Positions 10,325 through 22,520 of a DNA stretch of 64,000 bases are shown piece after piece. Origin of the DNA: Auanema rhodensis (taxonomy: Eukaryota > Animalia > Nematoda); NCBI GenBank assembly GCA_964057225.1, contig OZ059895.1, forward strand, positions 2,976,001 through 3,040,000, written 5' to 3'. Each line of letters opens with the position of its first letter. Position 1 is the stretch's first letter. Made by a program: the position numbers and the translations under genes. The notes under the pieces were generated by a model. The model made no database searches. It was not told the origin of the DNA and saw nothing but the letters and a program-made list of their open reading frames with translations.

Positions 10325-12973
10325 GTACACCCATAAATTATACGCAGCACAGGTTACCCTTAAATAATGAACTGACCGACTAATCAGACATGGATCTTTC
10401 CTAGTTCTGTTGCTTGAATGGATGTTTTCCTACGTAGGCTAGTAAAACATGCCCTTCAAAGCATCAGAACATGTGATCACATTCCAATTTTTTTGTATCT
10501 ATCTTGTAAAGATAGTAATATATCATATGTTGAACACTATGTTGGAAAGATTTTAATTCAGATTTTCGAACTTTTATTCAGTTTGTTTTTCAAACTTTGA
10601 TTAAGAACTTTGATTTTCGTACACCCATAAATTATACGCAGCACAGGTTACCCTTAATTAATGAACTGACCGACTAATCAGACATGGATCTTTCCAAGTT
10701 CTGTTGCTTGAACGGATGTTTTCCTACGTAGGCTAGTAAAACATGCCCTTCAAAGCATCAGAACATGTGATCACATTCCAATATTTTTGTATCTATCTTG
10801 TAAAGATAGTAATATATCATATGTTGAACACTATGTTGAAAAGATTTTAATTCAGATTTTTCAACTTTCACTCAGTTTGTTTTCTAAACTTTGATTAAGA
10901 ACCTTGAGTTTTGTACACCCATAAATTATACGCAGCACAGGTTACCCTTAAATAATGAACTGACCGACTAATCAGACATGGATCTTTCCTAGTTCTGTTG
11001 CTTGAATGGATGTTTTCCTACGTAGGCTAGTAAAACATGCCCTTCAAAGCATCAGAACATGTGAACACATTCCAATTTTTTTGTATCTATCTTGTAAAGA
11101 TAGTAATATATCATATGTTGAACACTATGTTGGAAAGATTTTAATTCAGATTTTCGAACTTTTATTCAGTTTGTTTTTCAAACTTTGATTAAGAACTTTG
11201 ATTTTCGTACACCCATAAATTATACGCAGCACAGGTTACCCTTAATTAATGAACTGACCGACTAATCAGACATGGATCTTTCCAAGTTCTGTTGCTTGAA
11301 CGGATGTTTTCCTACGTAGGCTAGTAAAACATGCCCTTCAAAGCATCAGAACATGTGATCACATTCCAATATTTTTGTATCTATCTTGTAAAGATAGTAA
11401 TATATCATATGTTGAACACTATGTTGAAAAGATTTTAATTCAGATTTTTTCAACTTTCACTCAGTTTGTTTTCTAAACTTTGATTAAGAACCTTGAGTTT
11501 TGTACACCCATAAATTATACGCAGCACAGGTTACCCTTAAATAATGAACTGACCGACTAATCAGACATGGATCTTTCCTAGTTCTGTTGCTTGAATGGAT
11601 GTTTTCCTACGTAGGCTAGTAAAACATGCCCTTCAAAGCATCAGAACATGTGATCACATTCCAATTTTTTTGTATCTATCTTGTAAAGATAGTAATATAT
11701 CATATGTTGAACACTATGTTGGAAAGATTTTAATTCAGATTTTCGAACTTTTATTCAGTTTGTTTTTCAAACTTTGATTAAGAACTTTGATTTTCGTACA
11801 CCCATAAATTATACGCAGCACAGGTTACCCTTAATTAATGAACTGACCGACTAATCAGACATGGATCTTTCCAAGTTCTGTTGCTTGAACGGATGTTTTC
11901 CTACGTAGGCTAGTAAAACATGCCCTTCAAAGCATCAGAACATGTGATCACATTCCAATATTTTTGTATCTATCTTGTAAAGATAGTAATATATCATATG
12001 TTGAACACTATGTTGAAAAGATTTTAATTCAGATTTTTTCAACTTTCACTCAGTTTGTTTTCTAAACTTTGATTAAGAACCTTGAGTTTTGTACACCCAT
12101 AAATTATACGCAGCACAGGTTACCCTTAAATAATGAACTGACCGACTAATCAGACATGGATCTTTCCTAGTTCTGTTGCTTGAATGGATGTTTTCCTACG
12201 TAGGCTAGTAAAACATGCCCTTCAAAGCATCAGAACATGTGAACACATTCCAATTTTTTTGTATCTATCTTGTAAAGATAGTAATATATCATATGTTGAA
12301 CACTATGTTGGAAAGATTTTAATTCAGATTTTCGAACTTTTATTCAGTTTGTTTTTCAAACTTTGATTAAGAACTTTGATTTTCGTACACCCATAAATTA
12401 TACGCAGCACAGGTTACCCTTAATTAATGAACTGACCGACTAATCAGACATGGATCTTTCCAAGTTCTGTTGCTTGAACGGATGTTTTCCTACGTAGGCT
12501 AGTAAAACATGCCCTTCAAAGCATCAGAACATGTGATCACATTCCAATATTTTTGTATCTATCTTGTAAAGATAGTAATATATCATATGTTGAACACTAT
12601 GTTGAAAAGATTTTAATTCAGATTTTTTCAACTTTCACTCAGTTTGTTTTCTAAACTTTGATTAAGAACCTTGAGTTTTGTACACCCATAAATTATACGC
12701 AGCACAGGTTACCCTTAAATAATGAACTGACCGACTAATCAGACATGGATCTTTCCTAGTTCTGTTGCTTGAATGGATGTTTTCCTACGTAGGCTAGTAA
12801 AACATGCCCTTCAAAGCATCAGAACATGTGATCACATTCCAATTTTTTTGTATCTATCTTGTAAAGATAGTAATATATCATATGTTGAACACTATGTTGG
12901 AAAGATTTTAATTCAGATTTTCGAACTTTTATTCAGTTTGTTTTTCAAACTTTGATTAAGAACTTTGATTTTC
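10325..12973. repeat. Dimeric higher-order repeat (294+295 = 589 bp) with a superimposed 1178 bp tetramer
   Basis: Marker ORFs start at 10418, 11006, 11595, 12184 and 12773 (spacing 588, 589, 589, 589). The private GTGAACAC variant occurs only at 11065 and 12243 (1178 apart). Confidence 0.9.
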
Positions 12974-15032
12974 GTACACCCATAAATTATACGCAGCACA
13001 GGTTACCCTTAATTAATGAACTGACCGACTAATCAGACATGGATCTTTCCAAGTTCTGTTGCTTGAACGGATGTTTTCCTACGTAGGCTAGTAAAACATG
13101 CCCTTCAAAGCATCATAACATGTGATCACATTCCAATTTTTTTGTATCTATCTTGTAAAGATAGTAATATATCATATGTTGAACACTATGTTGGAAAGAT
13201 TTTAATTCAGATTTTCGAACTTTTATTCAGTTTGTTTTTCAAACTTTGATTAAGAACTTTGATTTTCGTACACCCATAAATTATACGCAGCACAGGTTAC
13301 CCTTAATTAATGAACTGACCGACTAATCAGACATGGATCTTTCCAAGTTCTGTTGCTTGAACGGATGTTTTCCTACGTAGGCTAGTAAAACATGCCATTC
13401 AAAGCATCAGAACATGTGATCAAATTCCAATTTTTTTGTATCTATCTTGTAAAGATAGTAATATATCATATGTTGAACACTATGTTGGAAAGATTTTCAT
13501 TCAGATTTTTTAATTTTTATTCAGTTTGTTTTTTAAACTTTGATTAAGAACTTTGATTTTTGTTTACCCATAAATTATACGCAGCACAGGTTACCCTTAA
13601 ATAATGAACTGACCGACTAATCAGACATGGATCTTTCCAAGTTCTGTTGCTTGAACGGATGTTTTCCTACGTAGGCTAGTAAAACATGCCCTTCAAAGCA
13701 TCAGAACATGTGATCACATTCCAATTTTTTTGTATCTATCTTGTAAAGATAGTAATATATCATATGTTGAACACTATGTTGGAAAGATTTTCATTCAGAT
13801 TTTTTAATTTTTATTCAGTTTGTTTTTTAAACTTTGATTAAGAACTTTGATTTTTGTTTACCCATAAATTATACGCAGCACAGGTTACCCTTAAATAATG
13901 AACTGACCGACTAATCAGACATGGATCTTTCCAAGTTCTGTTGCTTGAATGGATGTTTTCCTACGTAGGCTAGTAAAACATGCCCTTCAAAGCATCAGAA
14001 CATGTGATCACATTCCAATATTTTTGTATCTATCTTGTAAAGATAGTAATATATCATATGTTGAACACTATGTTGAAAAGATTTTAATTCAGATTTTTTC
14101 AACTTTCACTCAGTTTGTTTTCTAAACTTTGATTAAGAACCTTGAGTTTTGTACACCCATAAATTATACGCAGCACAGGTTACCCTTAATTAATGAACTG
14201 ACCGACTAATCAGACATGGATCTTTCCAAGTTCTGTTGCTTGAACGGATGTTTTCCTACGTAGGCTAGTAAAACATGCCCTTCAAAGCATCATAACATGT
14301 GATCACATTCCAATTTTTTTGTATCTATCTTGTAAAGATAGTAATATATCATATGTTGAACACTATGTTGGAAAGATTTTAATTCAGATTTTCGAACTTT
14401 TATTCAGTTTGTTTTTCAAACTTTGATTAAGAACTTTGATTTTCGTACACCCATAAATTATACGCAGCACAGGTTACCCTTAATTAATGAACTGACCGAC
14501 TAATCAGACATGGATCTTTCCAAGTTCTGTTGCTTGAACGGATGTTTTCCTACGTAGGCTAGTAAAACATGCCATTCAAAGCATCAGAACATGTGATCAA
14601 ATTCCAATTTTTTTGTATCTATCTTGTAAAGATAGTAATATATCATATGTTGAACACTATGTTGGAAAGATTTTCATTCAGATTTTTTAATTTTTATTCA
14701 GTTTGTTTTTTAAACTTTGATTAAGAACTTTGATTTTTGTTTACCCATAAATTATACGCAGCACAGGTTACCCTTAAATAATGAACTGACCGACTAATCA
14801 GACATGGATCTTTCCAAGTTCTGTTGCTTGAACGGATGTTTTCCTACGTAGGCTAGTAAAACATGCCCTTCAAAGCATCAGAACATGTGATCACATTCCA
14901 ATTTTTTTGTATCTATCTTGTAAAGATAGTAATATATCATATGTTGAACACTATGTTGGAAAGATTTTCATTCAGATTTTTAAATTTTTATTCAGTTTGT
15001 TTTTTAAACTTTGATTAAGAACTTTGATTTTT
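12974..15032. repeat. Tetrameric higher-order repeat (1177 bp), about two copies
   Basis: The private CATCATAAC variant occurs at 13116 and 14293 (1177 apart). Each is followed by a CCATTC/GATCAAATT monomer and GTTTACCC-type monomers. Confidence 0.85.
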
Positions 15033-15450
15033 GTTTACCCATAAATTATACGCAGCACAGGTTACCCTTAAATAATGAACTGACCGACTAATCAGACATG
15101 GATCTTTCCAAGTTCTGTTGCTTGAATGGATGTTTTCCTACGTAGGCTAGTAAAACATGCCCTTCAAAGCATCAGAACATGTGACCACATTCCAATTTTT
15201 TTGTATCTATCTTGTAAAGATAGTAATAAACTTTGATTTTTGTACACCCATAAATTATACGCAGCTTAGGTTACCCTTAAATAATGAACTGACCGACTAA
15301 TCAGACATGGATCTTTCCTAGTTCTGTTGCTTGAACGGATGTTTTCCTACGTAGGCTAGTAAAACATGCCCTTCAAAGCATCAGAACATGTGACCACATT
15401 CCAATTTTTTTGTATCTATCTTGTAAAGATAGTAATAAACTTTGATTTTT
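15033..15450. repeat. Two tandem truncated 209 bp monomers sharing an identical 85 bp deletion
   Basis: Monomer starts at 15033, 15242 and 15451 (209 bp spacing). The junction AGTAATA|AACTTTGATTTTTG occurs at 15228/15229 and 15437/15438. Confidence 0.95.
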
Positions 15451-16333
15451 GTACACCCATAAATTATACGCAGCTTAGGTTACCCTTAAATAATGAACTG
15501 ACCGACTAATCAGACATGGATCTTTCCTAGTTCTGTTGCTTGAATGGATGTTTTCCTACGTAGGCTAGTGAAACATGCCCTTCAAAGCATCAGAACATGT
15601 GATCACATTCCAATTTTTTTGTATCTATCTTGTAAAGATAGTAATATATCATATGTTTAACACTATGTTGGAAAGATTTTAATTCAGATTTACGAACTTT
15701 TATTCAGTTTGTTTTTTAAACTTTGATTAAGAACTTTGATTTTTGTACACCCATAAATTATACGCAGCACAGGTTACCCTTAAATAATGAACTGACCGAC
15801 TAATCAGACATGGATCTTTCCAAGTTCTGTTGCTTGAATGGATGTTTTCCTACGTAGGCTAGTAAAACATGCCCTTCAAAGCATCAGAACATGTGACCAC
15901 ATTCCAATTTTTTTGTATCTATCTTGTAAAGATAGTAATATATCATATGTTGAACACTATGTTGGAAAGATTTTAATTCAGATTTTTTCAACTTTCACTC
16001 AGTTTGTTTTCTAAACTTTGATTAAGAACCTTGAGTTCTGTACACCCATAAATTATATGCAGCACAGGTTACCCTTAAATAATGAACTGACCGACTAATC
16101 AGACATGGATCTTTCCAAGTTCTGTTGCTTGAATGGATGTTTTCCTACGTAGGCTAGTAAAACATGCCCTTCAAAGCATCAGAACATGTGACCACATTCC
16201 AATTTTTTTGTATCTATCTTGTAAAGATAGTAATATATCATATGTTGAACACTATGTTGGAAAGATTTTAATTCAGATTTTCTAACTTTTATTCAGTTTG
16301 TTTTTTAAACTTTGATTAAGAACTTTGATTTTT

Positions 16334-19300
16334 GTACACCCATAAATTATACGCAGCACAGGTTACCCTTAAATAATGAACTGACCGACTAATCACACAT
16401 GGATCTTTCCTAGTTCTGTTGCTTGAATGGATGTTTTCCTACGTAGGCTAGTAAAACATGCCCTTCAAAGCATCAGAACATGTGATCACATTCCAATATT
16501 TTTGTATCTATCTTGTAAAGATAGTAATATATCATATGTTGAACACTATGTTGGAAAGATTTTAATTCAGATTTTCTAACTTTTATTCAGTTTGTTTTTT
16601 AAACTTTGATTAAGAACTTTGATTTTTGTACACCCATAAATTGTACGCAGCACAGGTTACCCTTAAATAATGAACTGACTGTCTAATCAGACATGGATCT
16701 TCCCAAGTTCTGTTGCTTGAATGGATGTTTTCCTACGTAGGCTAGTAAAACATGCCCTTCAAAGCATCAGAACATGTGATCACATTCCAATTTTTTTGTA
16801 TCTATCTTGTAAAGATAGTAATATATCATATGTTGAACACTATGTTGGAAAGATTTTAATTCAGATTTTCGAACTTTTATTCAGTTTGTTTTTTAAACTT
16901 TGATTAAGAACTTTGATTTTTGTACACCCATAAATTATACGCAGCACAGGTTACCCTTAATTAATGAACTGACCGACTAATCAGACATGGATCTTTCCAA
17001 GTTCTGTTGCTTGAACGGATGTTTTCCTACGAAGGCTAGTAAAACATGCCCTTCAAAGCATCAGAACATGTGATCACATTCCAATATTTTTGTATCTATC
17101 TTGTAAAGATAGTAATATATCATATGTTGAACACTATGTTGGAAAGATTTTAATTCGGTTTTTTTTCAACTTTCACTCAGTTTGTTTTCTTAACTTTGAT
17201 TAAGAACCTTGAGTTTTGTACACCCATAAATTATACGCAGCACAGGTTACCCTTAAATAATGAACTGACCGACTAATCAGACATGGATCTTTCCTAGTTC
17301 TGTTGCTTGAATGGATGTTTTCCTACGTAGGCTAGTAAAACATGCCCTTCAAAGCATCAGAACATGTGATCACATTCCAATATTTTTGTATCTATCTTGT
17401 AAAGATAGTAATATATCATATGTTGAACACTATGTTGAAAAGATTTCAATTCAGATTTTTTCAACTTTCACTCAGTTTGTTTTCTAAACTTTGATTAAGA
17501 ACCTTGAGTTTTGTACACCCATAAATTATACGCAGCACAGGTTACCCTTAAATAATGAACTGACCGACTAATCAGACATGGATCTTTCCTAGTTCTGTTG
17601 CTTGAATGGATGTTTACCCTACGTAGGCTAGTAAAACATGCCCTTCAAAGCATCAGAACATGTGATCACATTCCAATTTTTTTGTATCTATCTTGTAAAG
17701 ATAGTAATATATCATATGTTGAACACTATGTTGGAAAGATTTTAATTCAGATTTTCGAACTTTTATTCAGTTTGTTTTTCAAACTTTGATTAAGAACTTT
17801 GATTTTCGTACACCCATAAATTATACGCAGCACAGGTTACCCTTAATTAATGAACTGACCGACTAATCAGACATGGATCTTTCCAAGTTCTGTTGCTTGA
17901 ACGGATGTTTTCCTACGTAGGCTAGTAAAACATGCCCTTCAAAGCATCAGAACATGTGATCACATTCCAATATTTTTGTATCTATCTTGTAAAGATAGTA
18001 ATATATCATATGTTGAACACTATGTTGGAAAGATTTTAAATCAGATTTTTTCAACTTTCACTCAGTTTGTTTTCTTAACTTTGATTAAGAACCTTGTTGT
18101 TCGTACACCCATAAAATATACGCAGCACAGGTTACCCTTAAATAATGAACTGACCGACTAATCAGACATGGATCTTTCCAAGTTCTGTTGCTTGAACGGA
18201 TGTTTTCCTACGTAGGCTAGTAAAACATGCCCTTCAAAGCATCAGAACATGTGACCACATTCCAATTTTTTTGTATCTATCTTGTAAAGATAGTAATATA
18301 TCATATGTTGAACACTATGTTGGAAAGATTTTAATTCAGATTTTCTAACTTTTATTCAGTTTGTTTTTTAAACTTTGATTAAGAACTTTGATTTTTGTAC
18401 ACCCATAAATTATACGCAGCACAGGTTACCCTTAAATAATGAACTGACCGACTAATCACACATGGATCTTTCCTAGTTCTGTTGCTTGAATGGATGTTTT
18501 CCTACGTAGGCTAGTAAAACATGCCCTTCAAAGCATCAGAACATGTGATCACATTCCAATATTTTTGTATCTATCTTGTAAAGATAGTAATATATCATAT
18601 GTTGAACACTATGTTGGAAAGATTTTAATTCAGATTTTCTAACTTTTATTCAGTTTGTTTTTTAAACTTTGATTAAGAACTTTGATTTTTGTACACCCAT
18701 AAATTGTACGCAGCACAGGTTACCCTTAAATAATGAACTGACTGTCTAATCAGACATGGATCTTCCCAAGTTCTGTTGCTTGAATGGATGTTTTCCTACG
18801 TAGGCTAGTAAAACATGCCCTTCAAAGCATCAGAACATGTGATCACATTCCAATTTTTTTGTATCTATCTTGTAAAGATAGTAATATATCATATGTTGAA
18901 CACTATGTTGGAAAGATTTTAATTCAGATTTTCGAACTTTTATTCAGTTTGTTTTTTAAACTTTGATTAAGAACTTTGATTTTTGTACACCCATAAATTA
19001 TACGCAGCACAGGTTACCCTTAAATAATGAACTGACCGACTAATCACACATGGATCTTTCCTAGTTCTGTTGCTTGAATGGATGTTTTCCTACGTAGGCT
19101 AGTAAAACATGCCCTTCAAAGCATCAGAACATGTGATCACATTCCAATATTTTTGTATCTATCTTGTAAAGATAGTAATATATCATATGTTGAACACTAT
19201 GTTGGAAAGATTTTAATTCAGATTTTCTAACTTTTATTCAGTTTGTTTTTTAAACTTTGATTAAGAACTTTGATTTTTGTACACCCATAAATTGTACGCA

Positions 19301-20753
19301 GCACAGGTTACCCTTAAATAATGAACTGACTGTCTAATCAGACATGGATCTTCCCAAGTTCTGTTGCTTGAATGGATGTTTTCCTACGTAGGCTAGTAAA
19401 ACATGCCCTTCAAAGCATCAGAACATGTGATCACATTCCAATTTTTTTGTATCTATCTTGTAAAGATAGTAATATATCATATGTTGAACACTATGTTGGA
19501 AAGATTTTAATTCAGATTTTCGAACTTTTATTCAGTTTGTTTTTTAAACTTTGATTAAGAACTTTGATTTTTGTACACCCATAAATTATACGCAGCACAG
19601 GTTACCCTTAATTAATGAACTGACCGACTAATCAGACATGGATCTTTCCAAGTTCTGTTGCTTGAACGGATGTTTTCCTACGAAGGCTAGTAAAACATGC
19701 CCTTCAAAGCATCAGAACATGTGATCACATTCCAATATTTTTGTATCTATCTTGTAAAGATAGTAATATATCATATGTTGAACACTATGTTGGAAAGATT
19801 TTAATTCGGTTTTTTTTCAACTTTCACTCAGTTTGTTTTCTTAACTTTGATTAAGAACCTTGAGTTTTGTACACCCATAAATTATACGCAGCACAGGTTA
19901 CCCTTAAATAATGAACTGACCGACTAATCAGACATGGATCTTTCCTAGTTCTGTTGCTTGAATGGATGTTTTCCTACGTAGGCTAGTAAAACATGCCCTT
20001 CAAAGCATCAGAACATGTGATCACATTCCAATATTTTTGTATCTATCTTGTAAAGATAGTAATATATCATATGTTGAACACTATGTTGAAAAGATTTCAA
20101 TTCAGATTTTTTCAACTTTCACTCAGTTTGTTTTCTAAACTTTGATTAAGAACCTTGAGTTTTGTACACCCATAAATTATACGCAGCACAGGTTACCCTT
20201 AAATAATGAACTGACCGACTAATCAGACATGGATCTTTCCTAGTTCTGTTGCTTGAATGGATGTTTACCCTACGTAGGCTAGTAAAACATGCCCTTCAAA
20301 GCATCAGAACATGTGATCACATTCCAATTTTTTTGTATCTATCTTGTAAAGATAGTAATATATCATATGTTGAACACTATGTTGGAAAGATTTTAATTCA
20401 GATTTTCGAACTTTTATTCAGTTTGTTTTTCAAACTTTGATTAAGAACTTTGATTTTCGTACACCCATAAATTATACGCAGCACAGGTTACCCTTAATTA
20501 ATGAACTGACCGACTAATCAGACATGGATCTTTCCAAGTTCTGTTGCTTGAACGGATGTTTTCCTACGTAGGCTAGTAAAACATGCCCTTCAAAGCATCA
20601 GAACATGTGATCACATTCCAATATTTTTGTATCTATCTTGTAAAGATAGTAATATATCATATGTTGAACACTATGTTGGAAAGATTTTAAATCAGATTTT
20701 TTCAACTTTCACTCAGTTTGTTTTCTTAACTTTGATTAAGAACCTTGTTGTTC
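16334..20753. repeat. Duplicated 7-mer block (2063 bp) with an internal dimer duplication (588 bp), giving a 2651 bp 9-mer spacing
   Basis: AAATTGTACG variant at 16643, 18706 and 19294. GATTTCAATT variant at 17447 and 20098. ORF pairs 16721/19372, 17598/20249 and 17976/20627 are all 2651 apart. Confidence 0.88.
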
Positions 20754-22520
20754 GTACACCCATAAAATATACGCAGCACAGGTTACCCTTAAATAATGAA
20801 CTGACCGACTAATCAGACATGGATCTTTCCAAGTTCTGTTGCTTGAACGGATGTTTTCCTACGTAGGCTAGTAAAACATGCCATTCAAAGCATCAGAACA
20901 TGTGATCAAATTCCAACTTTTTGTATCTATCTTGTAAAGATAGTAATATATCATATGTTGAACACTATGTTGGAAAGATTTTAATTCAGATTTTCTAACT
21001 TTTATTCAGTTTGTTTTTTAAACTTTGATTAAGAACTTTGATTTTTGTACACCCATAAATTATACGCAGCACAGGTTACCCTTAAATAATGAACTGACCG
21101 ACTAATCACACATGGATCTTTCCTAGTTCTGTTGCTTGAATGGATGTTTTTCTACGTAGGCTAGTAAAACATGACCTTCAAAGCATCAGAACATGTGATC
21201 ACATTCCAATATTTTTGTATCTATCTTGTAAAGATAGTAATATATCATATGTTGAACACTATGTTGGAAAGATTTTAATTCAGATTTTCTAACTTTTATT
21301 CAGTTTGTTTTTTAAACTTTGATTAAGAACTTTGATTTTTGTACACCCATAAATTATACGCAGCACAGGTTACCCTTAAATAATGAACTGACCGACTAAT
21401 CAGACATGGATCTTTCCTAGTTCTGTTGCTTGAATGGATGTTTTCCTACGTAGGCTAGTAAAACATGCCCTTCAAAGCATCAGAACATGTGACCACATTC
21501 CAATTTTCTTGTATCTATCTTGTAAAGATAGTAATATATCATATGTTGAACACTATGTTGAAAAGATTTTAATTCAGATTTTTTCAACTTTCACTCAGTT
21601 TGTTTTCTAAACTTTGATTAAGAACCTTGAATTTTGTACACCCATAAAATATACGCAGCACAGGTTACCCTTAAATAATGAACTGACTGTCTAATCAGAC
21701 ATGGATCTTCCCAAGTTCTGTTGCTTGAATGGATGTTTTCCTACGTAGGCTAGTAAAACATGCCCTTCAAAGCATCAGAACATGTGATCACATTCCAATT
21801 TTTTTGTATCTATCTTGTAAAGATAGTAATATATCATATGTTGAACACTATGTTGGAAAGATTTTAATTCAGATTTTCGAACTTTTATTCAGTTTGTTTT
21901 TTAAACTTTGATTAAGAACTTTGATTTTTGTACACCCATAAATTATACGCAGCACAGGTTACCCTTAATTAATGAACTGACCGACTAATCAGACATGGAT
22001 CTTTCCAAGTTCTGTTGCTTGAACGGATGTTTTCCTACGAAGGCTAGTAAAACATGCCCTTCAAAGCATCAGAACATGTGATCACATTCCAATATTTTTG
22101 TATCTATCTTGTAAAGATAGTAATATATCATATGTTGAACACTATGTTGGAAAGATTTTAATTCGGTTTTTTTTCAACTTTCACTCAGTTTGTTTTCTTA
22201 ACTTTGATTAAGAACCTTGAGTTTTGTACACCCATAAATTATACGCAGCACAGGTTACCCTTAAATAATGAACTGACCGACTAATCAGACATGGATCTTT
22301 CCTAGTTCTGTTGCTTGAATGGATGTTTTCCTACGTAGGCTAGTAAAACATGCCCTTCAAAGCATCAGAACATGTGATCACATTCCAATATTTTTGTATC
22401 TATCTTGTAAAGATAGTAATATATCATATGTTGAACACTATGTTGAAAAGATTTTAATTCAGATTTTTTCAACTTTCACTCAGTTTGTTTTCTAAACTTT
22501 GATTAAGAACCTTGAGTTTT

